64,000 bases of DNA from contig OZ250150.1 of assembly GCA_965237675.1 (NCBI GenBank), forward strand, positions 2,272,001 to 2,336,000. Direction: 5' to 3'. The position numbers and the translations under genes were made by a program. The notes below the pieces were generated by a model, which saw nothing but the letters and a program-made list of their open reading frames with translations, did no database searches and had not been told where the DNA came from. This DNA comes from Candidatus Latescibacterota bacterium. Its GTDB lineage: Bacteria > Latescibacterota > UBA2968 > GCA-2709665. Positions 30,249-40,236 of this stretch are shown piece after piece. Within the stretch, counting starts at the first letter, position 1. Every line of letters begins with the position of its first letter.

Positions 30249-30633
30249 CTTCATTGAGCCGGGCCGGGTCGTTCATGCCGTCGCTTCCCCACCCACTCGC
30301 AATATCCCTACCGCGCTCGCCATAACTGTCGCAAAATGCTACACTTCCTCTCGGTCAATAACACGCGTGTTGACGGTAGCAAAATGCATCCAAACGTAGC
30401 AAGATGCGACACCTCCACTCTCGCGCTTGTTCGGCACTTCCTGTAAGTTGTTGAAATATGATGAAAAAGATGTATTGACGAATATTTCGACTGTGGATGA
30501 AAGCAGTTCAATGACTATCGATGATTCGGGATATTTTCCCGAACAACCGTGCATCACATCCGTATGTCAGGCACGATTTACAGATCGACGTTCAGTCCGA
30601 GTGAATAGAACAACCCGCCCGTACCTAAACCGT

Positions 30634-30885
30634 TCAGAGTGGTTCGGTGCGTCGACGCCGTCCCCTTACTTTGCGTCTCTGGTCTCTGATGAGTGTGACG
30701 ACTTCACGCATCGAGATGTCCGCCTCGATGGAGGGCACATCCAGCGGCGAGGCGGTGGGGCGTTCCGGCACCAGGGCATAAATCCTGCCGTCTTTTCTGC
30801 GTATAAGGACCTTCCCCGTTGACTCGGCTTTGTCAAGCACGCGGGAGAAATTCTGTCTGGCTTCCGAGTACGTATATACGTCCAT
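30634..30885 (-). CDS. Phd/YefM family antitoxin
   Basis: YTYSEARQNFSRVLDKAE...VLIRRKDG; GGAGG RBS at the end of the toxin gene. Confidence 0.88.
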   Translation of the reverse strand: MDVYTYSEARQNFSRVLDKAESTGKVLIRRKDGRIYALVPERPTASPLDVPSIEADISMREVVTLIRDQRRKVRGRRRRTEPL

Positions 30886-30886
30886 C

Positions 30887-31285
30887 TTACACCTCCAGAC
30901 TAACAAGATTGACGCCCAGTGCGCCTGCGGCCCGGCTTAGTGTTCGATCGAGCGTCAATAAAGGCGCCGCATGCCGCAAGGCGCAGTCCAGAAAGTAACC
31001 ATCGTATGCGTACGCGTTCACCTGGGCCGCGATGGACAGTACATTCGCCATGTCGACGGTCACATATTGCAGCGGGATGCTGTCGAGTATCTCCAGACCC
31101 CGGTGTGCATCCGCGACACCGACGCGCCGTTGCTTGATCATCACCGAGAAAGCATTTCCAATTTCCCAGGGTATGGAACCGGGACCAATAAGTGTATGAC
31201 CCGACGTGGCCGCGACGATCGCGTCTCGTTCCGGTTCAGCTACGATCACCGCGATGATCGCTGAAGTGTCAATCACAATGTTCAT
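30887..31285 (-). CDS. PIN-domain (VapC-like) toxin
   Basis: IVIDTSA, WEIGNA, AYDGYF, LLTLDR. Confidence 0.92.
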   Translation of the reverse strand: MNIVIDTSAIIAVIVAEPERDAIVAATSGHTLIGPGSIPWEIGNAFSVMIKQRRVGVADAHRGLEILDSIPLQYVTVDMANVLSIAAQVNAYAYDGYFLDCALRHAAPLLTLDRTLSRAAGALGVNLVSLEV

Positions 31286-31307
31286 TAAGGTCTCCTCAAG
31301 ATACTAT

Positions 31308-31337
31308 CAATTGTACAATTGTCAGAGCAAATGTCAA
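31308..31337 (-). promoter_or_regulatory. TA operon promoter with palindromic operator
   Basis: Minus strand TTGACA-16 nt-TACAAT; perfect palindrome caattgtacaattg (31308-31321) overlaps the -10. Confidence 0.75.
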
Positions 31338-31869
31338 GGGCCAAAATGAATCGTATTGATCCGGGCGATCAATCGGTAGCAAAAGTTTGAAAAGGTGGAG
31401 CAGACATTCTTGTCTGCTCATAGACATCAAACCGAGACCTTAGAATCCTGTGTCCGGGCACGTCACGACTCGCCCCTACGCCTCCCTGCAACCTTACCGG
31501 CCTTGCCACGTCACGTCGCAGACGCCGGCTACCACATTGAGCACCCCTGGTGACGATCGCAGGTCCGCTATCAGGGTCGGCTTGAGGCCAGATCTTAGAT
31601 TGAGATCGACGTCAGAGACAGACGTGGAATTGGGCTTGACATTTGCCTTCCGCCACTCAATATTGATGTCGCGGTCCTGCGAAACCTGAAAACGGAATGA
31701 GACGCCCCGTAATGGAATTTCGGTTGCCGATTCTTTGGAATTCAGTGGGTCTGGTTGATTGAGGCTTCTCGCGGGCTCTGTAATGGCGGTTGGGCGCCGC
31801 TGTCGAATCGATACGGAGCCCGTACGCGTTCGATGTTCTTTATAGATTTTCGTCGGATTTACGCCGTAC

Positions 31870-31902
31870 GGACGGCAGCCTTTGCGGGCTGCCGTTTCTT
31901 TG
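31870..31902 (+). terminator. Intrinsic terminator or attenuator hairpin
   Basis: ggacggcagcc-loop-ggctgccgttt followed by ctttg. Confidence 0.6.
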
Positions 31903-32147
31903 ACCGTTTCCCGTCAGACCTGAGGTGAGTACCTGGAAGCCGATGGCAATGTTGTGTCAACGCGGCTCAGGCGGAGATTCGCATAGGGCGATCCTGTTTT
32001 GCCACAATGCGTTCAATGTGGCGGGAATGGCGCGGGAAGTGACATCGGCCTGGAGCGTCTCCAATGTGTCTGCGTCTCAACCCATTACCCGGCGTTCACC
32101 CATGTGAAATAACTTATGCGGTATTGCCGGATTGAGGAGGTGGCCCA

Positions 32148-32524
32148 ATGGTTAAAATGAGCGGCGGCGAAGCGCTCGTGAAATCTCTCGTCAGGGAGGG
32201 CGTCGACGTCGTATTCGGAATTCCGGGGATCCAGATGTACGGCATCATCGCCGCGTCCCGTTCTGATCGAGATTCCGCCCGAGGTCGGGGTGGAGCGCGA
32301 GGAAGTCCAGCTGCGGAACCCCGCCCGTATCTCGCGGATTGTGCCGAGCCAGGGTGATCTCCGGGAAGCCGCTGACGTCATTGCCAGGTCTCGCATGCCT
32401 CTCATATTCGCCGGTGGTCATCGACGTACCCTTCGGGGACATGCCGATACCGCGTGCTCGCCAGATTTCGTTTGTCTACAACCTGCCCTGGACCCATCCC
32501 CAGGAAGGCCTGATCCAATCGTGA
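32148..32524 (+). pseudogene. TPP-dependent enzyme (acetolactate synthase-like) with two large internal deletions
   Basis: RBS and MSGGEALVKSL..EGVDVVFGIPG, then RPVLIEIP...PLIFAGG in a second frame, then PVVIDVP...stop in a third. Confidence 0.85.
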
Positions 32525-32684
32525 CACGCCGGTTGCAGTCGTTAATCGGGCACTGCCACGTGGGGTGATGCGTATCTGGAGCAGAAGTGACCGGTGGTGG
32601 CAATCCCAGTTCGGCTTTTGTTAAACAAGGCCTCGGCGCGCGGTGGCCGAGGTCCCGCCGCCGGGAATCGGAAGGAGATTCGCA

Positions 32685-33788
32685 ATGGGCGATCCCGTGG
32701 TATTGCTTCGGGAAGGAGAGGTGAAATTCCATATGTTCCGGGGAAGCCCGGCCGAGGCAGGCCGGGCGCACGGCTCTCTGGATCCGGACTTTGTGCGCAT
32801 GCGGCTCGACGAGTGGTTGACGTGGCCTCACGATTTCGATCACCCTTATTTTCGAAAGAACATGGCGTTCATGCGGCGCGAGTTTCCCGACTTCATGGAA
32901 CGGATGGAGGCCTACGGCGCGGCGGCCGGCATCGAGAATTTCGATCACACCTACTATTTGCACATGGTCAACACCGGTCGGGAGGAGGAAGCGTGTTCCG
33001 CATTCGGAATCCTGCTCCGGGACGACGGACCTGCCCTGTTGAGGACGTACGATCCTTCCAATGCCACCGGAAAGGACTATTTCCTGAAAGATCGCTTCGT
33101 GGCCGCGTTTCCCGATTGCAAACCGCACGGATACGTCGGCCAGGGCGGGCATCACTTCTGTGTGGTCCACACTTCCGTCAACGACGCGGGCCTGCTGACG
33201 GGTTGGGCGTCGGGACAGCCGAAGTTTCACTGGCCCGACAATCCGGAACACGTCAGCCTCTTTCAGATCACGGGGCTTGTGCCCCAGCATTGCAAGGACT
33301 GCGAGGACGTCAGGCGGTTTCTCACGGAGTACCGGATTTCAGGCCTGAAAGGGCTTACGGGTACCGCTGTCGACGCCCGGGGAAACATCCTGGGATTCGA
33401 ACTGGAGTCCGAAAACATCGCCTTTCGTGAACCATGCGACGGCATGGTGCTGGAGGTGAACCACTGGCAGCATCCGGACCTGCAGAACCCGGCCCGCGAG
33501 AATCAACGCGATTATTGGGTAAGCCCCTATTTCTACAACTCCCAGAATAGGGTGCAGTACGTGAAATACTACAGGGAGACGTTCAAAAGGATGCGGACGC
33601 TCGAGGAGCTTGTCGATTTTTCGTTCGACGTGCACGCTCCGGGGCGGATCCTGCAGATGCCTGGGGCCAACATTGCGAACTGGCTTACCTCGCACGCGAT
33701 CTTTTTGACTTCCAGGGACCGGAGGATGCGCGTGCACCCGTATCCGCTGGAGAAAGACAGGTACACCGAGGTTGCGTACGCCGGCTGA
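32685..33788 (+). CDS. Peptidase C45 / Ntn-hydrolase family protein
   Basis: AGRAHG, ACSAFG nucleophile, VNDAGL, VNH, SQNR; AAGGAG RBS. Confidence 0.78.
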   Translation: MGDPVVLLREGEVKFHMFRGSPAEAGRAHGSLDPDFVRMRLDEWLTWPHDFDHPYFRKNMAFMRREFPDFMERMEAYGAAAGIENFDHTYYLHMVNTGREEEACSAFGILLRDDGPALLRTYDPSNATGKDYFLKDRFVAAFPDCKPHGYVGQGGHHFCVVHTSVNDAGLLTGWASGQPKFHWPDNPEHVSLFQITGLVPQHCKDCEDVRRFLTEYRISGLKGLTGTAVDARGNILGFELESENIAFREPCDGMVLEVNHWQHPDLQNPARENQRDYWVSPYFYNSQNRVQYVKYYRETFKRMRTLEELVDFSFDVHAPGRILQMPGANIANWLTSHAIFLTSRDRRMRVHPYPLEKDRYTEVAYAG

Positions 33789-33885
33789 CCGTCGGCCAAT
33801 TATCCGCTCCGCGCGTGCGCGTCCGAGACCAGGTTCCGGGGCGGCGCGCCCGGCGGATTGTCGGCTTCGAAAGGAGTGTTGCAGG

Positions 33886-35979
33886 ATGCGTGACATACGA
33901 CGCCTGGCCCATTTGCATATCCCCGGGGATTGGGAACCGGAGGAGATCGTACCGGAAGTCAGAAAACTGGGCTTCACCGACCTTTACTTTTTCGTGAATA
34001 AGGTGGAATCGGGCGTCGATATCGGGGGACTCCGCCTATCGACCGCGATGGAAGTCGGGAGGCTGGCCGAGAAAGAAGGGATGGGCGTGCTGGTGAACAC
34101 GGGGTACATGAAATATCACGAGCAGGTCGTGCTGGCCCACCCGGAGCGGCGGATGGTCCTTCGGGACGACGGAACCGTGGACCGGAACGGGGAGACCCGT
34201 CCGGGGCAGGCGCCCACGCCGTTGACCTCGGTTGAAGGACGCATCAGGAACGTGAACTGGCTCTGTCCCTTCAACGAAGCCAATAAGCGGCAGTATAAGG
34301 AAGAACTGCGCCTGCTTGCCGGGATTCCGGCGCTTCGGTTCGTCTACCTGAACGATGAGGGTTTTCTGGGCGCGTACGGCGAGATGGCCTGCTACTGCGA
34401 ATCCTGCCGCGGGCGCTTTGCGGAACACTTTGGCGAGGAGCCGCCGACCCGGATCGATTGGAAGGACACGCTGTGGCGAAACTGGATCAAATGGCGTTTC
34501 GAGCAATGGACGGCGGTGCACGCGGAGTTTCGCGAGGCGGTTCGGAATTCGCGCCCGGAATTGGGTGTGGGAATGGCCACGGCGTGTACCGAGTTGATGG
34601 GGATCCGGCCGTGGGCTTCCGCAGTGGATCTGGGGGCGATGAGCCGGGTCCTGGATTCGATGAACACGGGCATATACCATGGCTCCACGCGCGGCACCCA
34701 TCATTTCGCGCCCCGGTTTACGATCGTCCTCGACATGGCCTCGATCTTCATCGGGGCGCTTCAGGGAAAGCCGTTGCGACTCGCGGTGCAGGCATTCTGC
34801 CCCGGCACGTCGCTGGAGATGACGCGCAAGGACGGCCAGTGGATCGGTATCCTGCCGTACGCGGTGGGCGCGGAGTATGTGAGTCCGTGGTGTTACGAGA
34901 CGTTGAAGGCGTCGCCCGCGCAGTATGAGGGGTATATGGAGACGCTCCGGCTGGACCGCTATCTCAAGGAGACGGAGCCCGAATTTTCCTGCAGCCTGTT
35001 CCACTCCATCCAGAGCGAGGTGTGGCGGTATCACGACGTGGACTACGACGCGATGGCGATTCATCCGTTCGCGCAAATGCTGCGGGACGAGGGTCTGCCG
35101 TATGCGTTTGTGTGGGACAGCCGCCTGGACGAAACGGACCTCAGGAATTCGGGTCCGCTGGTGATGCCGCACGTCTGCTGTCTTTCGGAGCCCCAGAAGC
35201 GACGTCTCACATCGTATCTCGAGGATGGCGGAGGGGTTCTGGCGGTTGCCGGCCTGGGTCTGTGCGACGAGGAAGGACGTCCGGTTGAAGAGACGTTGTC
35301 TTCGCGATGGGGGGTGGCGCTTTCCGGAGACAGGCTGGAGGGCCAGTATCGTCTTTCCTTCACGGACGCCTGCCCGGTGAGAGAAAATATCACGGCTCCG
35401 GTGGTGGTGGAGAATCCGTATGAAGTCGGGCACGTCGAAGGGGAGGTCTGGGCGACGCTCGTGGACGCCCAGGGTCGCGACACGGGCGCGCCGGGCCTGG
35501 TCTCCAGCCGCGTGGGCGAGGGCAGGGTTGTCTACCTGGCGGGCGATCCCGTGCACGATCATCGTGAGCCCGGATATGAACCCCTGGTCAGGCTCCCAAA
35601 CCATACGCGGCGCCTGTTCGGGAATGTGATTAGATTTCTGGCGTGCAGGCCGGCCGGGATCGAGGTGGAGGATTTTCCGCCGGTAACCGCGTATCAGCGC
35701 CTTCGGGCCTGGGACCGCCGGGGGATCAACACGTTTCAGTTCTTCCCCCAGGCGGGACCTCGTTACGCCATCGCGATTGTCGCGTCTTACCTCGGAGCGG
35801 AGGCAACCGTGTCGATCCGATTCCGGATTCCCGCGGGAAAACGGCCTTTGCGAATCTTCAACGGTCTGACGGAAGCATCATGCATGGCGGACGCATCGGT
35901 CGATTCGGAATCCATCCGATATCGTCTACGGATTACCCACGCCGACGGCGTCATCCCGGTGGTGGTGGAATGGGCGTGA
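33886..35979 (+). CDS. GH42-like TIM-barrel protein with beta-galactosidase trimerisation-like domain
   Basis: WLCPFN, LNDEG, CYCESC..RF, then LVMPHV..LS...YLEDGG.VL and VGEGRVVYL. Confidence 0.7.
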   Translation: MRDIRRLAHLHIPGDWEPEEIVPEVRKLGFTDLYFFVNKVESGVDIGGLRLSTAMEVGRLAEKEGMGVLVNTGYMKYHEQVVLAHPERRMVLRDDGTVDRNGETRPGQAPTPLTSVEGRIRNVNWLCPFNEANKRQYKEELRLLAGIPALRFVYLNDEGFLGAYGEMACYCESCRGRFAEHFGEEPPTRIDWKDTLWRNWIKWRFEQWTAVHAEFREAVRNSRPELGVGMATACTELMGIRPWASAVDLGAMSRVLDSMNTGIYHGSTRGTHHFAPRFTIVLDMASIFIGALQGKPLRLAVQAFCPGTSLEMTRKDGQWIGILPYAVGAEYVSPWCYETLKASPAQYEGYMETLRLDRYLKETEPEFSCSLFHSIQSEVWRYHDVDYDAMAIHPFAQMLRDEGLPYAFVWDSRLDETDLRNSGPLVMPHVCCLSEPQKRRLTSYLEDGGGVLAVAGLGLCDEEGRPVEETLSSRWGVALSGDRLEGQYRLSFTDACPVRENITAPVVVENPYEVGHVEGEVWATLVDAQGRDTGAPGLVSSRVGEGRVVYLAGDPVHDHREPGYEPLVRLPNHTRRLFGNVIRFLACRPAGIEVEDFPPVTAYQRLRAWDRRGINTFQFFPQAGPRYAIAIVASYLGAEATVSIRFRIPAGKRPLRIFNGLTEASCMADASVDSESIRYRLRITHADGVIPVVVEWA

Positions 35980-36010
35980 TGCGCTACGAAGTGAAGGGAC
36001 CGGATCAGGG

Positions 36011-38023
36011 ATGAACCGCGAACGCAGTCTCCATGCGCTGGATGAGGGTGTGCGGGACGGCCTGACCCCGCGCGCCTTTCTTATCGGCCTCGCCCTTTGT
36101 GGATTTCTGGGACTGGTGCTGCCGTACAACCGAATGGTGATCCAGGGACGGTGGCTGAACGCGTATTTCATCGACCGCGGCGCGCTCGTACTCCTATTTG
36201 TTCTTGTCCTGTTCGCCAATCCACTGCTCGCCGCATTTAGGAAACGATTCGCCCTGAACCGGGGCGAACTGCTGGCCATTTACGTGATGTTCCTGTTTCT
36301 GCTGCCCGTCTCGCAAATGGTCAAACATCTGATCTCCTACCTGACCGGCGTCACCTACTACGCGACTCCCGAGCGACGCGACCTTGAGGCCGTGTTGCCC
36401 AATATCGTCCCCTGGACGGCCCCGCGGGACGCCGAGGTCGTGCGGGGCCTCTACGAGGGGCTGCCCGACGGGGTGTCGCCGCCCTGGGAGGCGTGGCTCG
36501 TCCCTCTTGTCAGCTGGAGTGCGTTCCTGCTGGTACTCCTCGGGGTGTTGATCTGCCTGGCAGTCATCGTGCGGAAACAGTGGGAGGACCACGAACGGTT
36601 CGCCTTTCCGATCATGCAGGTACCCCTGGCCGTGAGCGAGACCGGAAACGGCAGGTTGGGACGGCTGTTCCGGAGCCGGTTGATGTGGGCGGGGTTCGCG
36701 ATTCCGTTCGTAATCGGGTCGATCAACGCGCTGCACCACTACTTCCACACCGTTCCCCGGATCGGCCTGGTTCACGATATCTGGATCTTCAACGGTACGA
36801 CGCCCTTGCGCCTCAGGCTCCACTTCGCTATCCTGGGGTACACCTATTTCGTGAATACGGACGTGAGTCTGAGCATCTGGGTGTTCAACGTGATTTCCAA
36901 GATTGTCCGTGGTGTACTGGCAGTCCTGGGAGCGGAACGCTACAATGTCTCGGGCGTGGTGGGTCGGTTCAGTTCTCAGGGACACGCGTCGCTTGCCCTG
37001 ATGGGCATGGGGTACATGGTCATCCTGGCGGCCTACAGTCTATGGGTGGGGCGCGAACACCTGCGTCAGGTAGCTGCCAAAGCGCTGGGAAGGCCATCGG
37101 CGGCGGACGATTCGGAAGAGGTGATGCCCTACCGGACGGCCGTGTTGGGTATTGGTGGGGGAACGCTGTATCTGGGGTGCTGGCTATACCAGGCCGGGAT
37201 GTCTCCGCTCGTGATTCTAATGTTGTTCGCCTCCTGTTTCATCGTGTTCCTGGTGATGGCGCGAATCGTGAGCGAGACGGGATTTGTCACCGCGTACTCG
37301 CCCATCAATCCCGCCGAGTTCGCCGTATGCATGGTCGGGTCGTCCGCATTCGGCCCTTCAGGTCTGGTGACGCTGGGGTTCGGCTACGCCTGGACGATGA
37401 CACGGACCAGCACGCTGATGCCACGCGCCGCCGGCGCGCTCTGGCTTGCCCGCCGGATTCGACATAAGCGTGGCCTGGTCTGGGCAATGGGTCTGGCCCT
37501 CGCGGTGGGCCTGATTACCGCAAGCACCATGACGCTCAAACTGGGTTACACCCATGGCGGGCTCAACCTGGACCGTCACTTTCTGGACTACGCGCGCCTT
37601 CCGTTCGACGCTTTCGTGGGCCGCCGCATGCTCGAGCCGAGTCCGATTTTTACCAGAGGGTTTCTCTATCTGGGGTTAGGGGGCACCATAGCCGCTCTGT
37701 TGGCGGTGATGCGGACCCGGTTTGTGTGGTGGCCGCTTCATCCGGTCGCGCTTCCCGTCAGCACCATCGCGTATACGGACTACTTCTTTATCAATGTTCT
37801 TCTGGCCTGGGGGATCAAGAGCCTGGTCTTGAAGTTCGGAGGCGCGAGTTTTTACCGATCGACCCGGCCCATGTTTATGGGGATCATCCTGGGTGAGGCC
37901 GTCTGCACGGGGCTGTGGATTGCCGTGGACTACTTTACGGGGACGGTCTCAAATATGTTCTTTCCCTACGCGGCCGCGCCCGCACCCGGTGTTGACGGAG
38001 GATTACCGGGTGCGTTAGGCTGA
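36011..38023 (+). CDS. Polytopic membrane protein, DUF6785/DUF6784-like putative transporter
   Basis: Many TM helices; ELLAIY, PWEAWLVPL..W, RKQW..HER..FP, WWPLHP, LKFGG...Y...RPMF.G.ILGE. Confidence 0.8.
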   Translation: MNRERSLHALDEGVRDGLTPRAFLIGLALCGFLGLVLPYNRMVIQGRWLNAYFIDRGALVLLFVLVLFANPLLAAFRKRFALNRGELLAIYVMFLFLLPVSQMVKHLISYLTGVTYYATPERRDLEAVLPNIVPWTAPRDAEVVRGLYEGLPDGVSPPWEAWLVPLVSWSAFLLVLLGVLICLAVIVRKQWEDHERFAFPIMQVPLAVSETGNGRLGRLFRSRLMWAGFAIPFVIGSINALHHYFHTVPRIGLVHDIWIFNGTTPLRLRLHFAILGYTYFVNTDVSLSIWVFNVISKIVRGVLAVLGAERYNVSGVVGRFSSQGHASLALMGMGYMVILAAYSLWVGREHLRQVAAKALGRPSAADDSEEVMPYRTAVLGIGGGTLYLGCWLYQAGMSPLVILMLFASCFIVFLVMARIVSETGFVTAYSPINPAEFAVCMVGSSAFGPSGLVTLGFGYAWTMTRTSTLMPRAAGALWLARRIRHKRGLVWAMGLALAVGLITASTMTLKLGYTHGGLNLDRHFLDYARLPFDAFVGRRMLEPSPIFTRGFLYLGLGGTIAALLAVMRTRFVWWPLHPVALPVSTIAYTDYFFINVLLAWGIKSLVLKFGGASFYRSTRPMFMGIILGEAVCTGLWIAVDYFTGTVSNMFFPYAAAPAPGVDGGLPGALG

Positions 38024-38850
38024 TGTCCGCTCTCGCGCACAAACCTGCGAATGAACCTGCGAATGAACGGAGGGCAGAAATGAACGCGGACAGAACCCCG
38101 GAATCGGGTACGGTCCGAGACAGCGGTATCGAATTGAATCAGACCTGGGATATGGGACGGCTGGTCGATCTGACGTGCGATTACTTCGACGGGATGCCCG
38201 TGGATATGACGGGAACGCTGCCGTCGTTCCGGATGCGGGAACTGGACGAAGAAATGGAGGCCCTGTGCAGGGGCCGTGAGTACCGCAGTTACACCCAGGA
38301 AGTCCGGATGTGCGTTCAGGCCGGCAACTACATGGAGACGGGTGCGCATCTCTACCCCGAAATGGAGTCGGTTGCCGATATCGGCCTGGAACGGCTGTTT
38401 GTATCCGCGGTGGTGATGCAACTTCCCAGAGGGAAAGATGAAAAGGTGACCGCCGCCGACCTGGATGGCGCACTGGCGAGTCTTGGAGAAACGATCCATC
38501 CGGGGGATGCGATCCTGGTCTCCACGGGTTACAATCGGTTTGGCAGCAACGACATTGGCTGCAATCTAACGCCGCATTTCAGCTACGACGCGATTGACTG
38601 GGCGGTGACTCGAGGGCCGTCGATCCTCGCATCGGACATGGCCAGTTGGCACGACGGAGAGGAAGAACCGAGTTTCTGGCCCATGCTCATGAGGTCCGGC
38701 GTGTTGGTGATCGGTTCGCTGTTGAACGTGGCGGAGATTACCGCACCCCGCATCCAATTGATCGCCCTGCCGATGAAGATAAGGGGAGCGTGCGCGTCGC
38801 CGTGCCGGCTGATCGCCGTCCTACCGTCCAGCGGCGCAGACACAGACTGA
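38023..38850 (+). CDS. Cyclase family (kynurenine formamidase-like) protein; start may be 38080
   Basis: LVDLT, PGDAILVSTG, LIALPMKIRGACASPCR; metal motif degenerate. Confidence 0.8.
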   Translation: MSALAHKPANEPANERRAEMNADRTPESGTVRDSGIELNQTWDMGRLVDLTCDYFDGMPVDMTGTLPSFRMRELDEEMEALCRGREYRSYTQEVRMCVQAGNYMETGAHLYPEMESVADIGLERLFVSAVVMQLPRGKDEKVTAADLDGALASLGETIHPGDAILVSTGYNRFGSNDIGCNLTPHFSYDAIDWAVTRGPSILASDMASWHDGEEEPSFWPMLMRSGVLVIGSLLNVAEITAPRIQLIALPMKIRGACASPCRLIAVLPSSGADTD

Positions 38851-38912
38851 AAACGCCGCACCGCGGTGAAAGCCGCAACGGCAAACTGACGTCCAGAATT
38901 GAGGGTATTACA

Positions 38913-40043
38913 ATGAAGATTGGACGAATTTCCACCCATCGGCTCCGGGAATGCGAAATCAGTATGGAGAAGTGGACGCACTTCACGAAATGGAAGGCCA
39001 GCGAGGATTGGATTGAGGACGAAGTCTTTGGCAAGAAGTGGATTTCTCCCACCTGCGTGTGTTTCAATCCGACGGACGGCCTGGTCTACGTGGGGCTGAC
39101 CGCGCTCGATAGGGATATCTTTTATACCTTCGATCCCGCGACGCATACGTGGGAATCGTTGAATTATCCCGGTGAACGGGACCGGTACGGCAGCAAGATC
39201 CACCAGGGTCTGGAGGTGGACGAAGAGGGGCGCGTGTACGCCGGTGTCGCCACGCTGGGCGACGCCGATATCTGGCCCAGGGCCACGGGCGGCCCGATCT
39301 TTCGTTACGATCCCGGGACCAGGGAGTACGAGTTTCTGTGCATCCCGATCGAACACGACTACGTCCAGGGATTCGTGATGGACCGCCAGCGGGGAATCAT
39401 CTACGGGGATACCTTTCCCGGACGAAAAATGTTTCGATACGATATCGGAAGCGGCGCCGCGCAGGAGTTGACCATGCTGGGTGACGTTTCCACCGAGCAT
39501 CTGGCGCTGGATGCGGACGGCGGCGCATGGCACACGTACGAATTGATGCAGTGGGCGGGACGGTATCCGCTCCTGCGCTACGATCCGGACCGGGATGAGA
39601 TCGACTTTACAAACGTGGACCTTCCCGACGTCGGGCCTGGAAAACCGGGTTCCAACCAGATGGATACCGCGCTGCTGACGGAGGATGGATCGCTGTACAT
39701 CGGCACGACCGCCGGGGCGCTGGTGCGGGTGGACCACCGGGGTCCGGGCGTGAGGGTGACGTATCTGGGAAAACCCTACGTCGCGCCGCGTATGAAGGGG
39801 TTGATCGAGGGTCCCGACGGGCTGATCTACGGGGTCAGCGGAGGCGACTACGATACGCACTTCTTCACGTACGACCGCGGGACGGGTCTGTTCAACGACC
39901 TGGGGCCGATTCGGGATACGCAGGACGGGACGCGGTGCTGGCTGGCGCACCATATGTGTATGGTGGACGCCAGGACGTTCATCGTGGCCGAGTCGGACAA
40001 CCACGCAAGGGCGAGCTTTCTGTTCAAAGTGGAGTTGGCTTAA
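38913..40043 (+). CDS. Beta-propeller repeat protein
   Basis: Repeated DG..Y.G and FRYDP blades; GAGG RBS before 38913. Confidence 0.75.
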   Translation: MKIGRISTHRLRECEISMEKWTHFTKWKASEDWIEDEVFGKKWISPTCVCFNPTDGLVYVGLTALDRDIFYTFDPATHTWESLNYPGERDRYGSKIHQGLEVDEEGRVYAGVATLGDADIWPRATGGPIFRYDPGTREYEFLCIPIEHDYVQGFVMDRQRGIIYGDTFPGRKMFRYDIGSGAAQELTMLGDVSTEHLALDADGGAWHTYELMQWAGRYPLLRYDPDRDEIDFTNVDLPDVGPGKPGSNQMDTALLTEDGSLYIGTTAGALVRVDHRGPGVRVTYLGKPYVAPRMKGLIEGPDGLIYGVSGGDYDTHFFTYDRGTGLFNDLGPIRDTQDGTRCWLAHHMCMVDARTFIVAESDNHARASFLFKVELA

Positions 40044-40236
40044 CCGCTGAATAGAACGAAACGCCTATCAGTTCCTGGAATGTTTGGACTTGATACTTGA
40101 AACGCCACCGCCGGCGGATGAACGCGTTCCGGGTGATGTCGCTACCTTTTCTTCAAATGATGAATCATGGCAAGGAAAATCCCGTTGTCCACAAAGGGGC
40201 CACGGGATCGACAATTCGGTCGTCGTCATTCGACAG

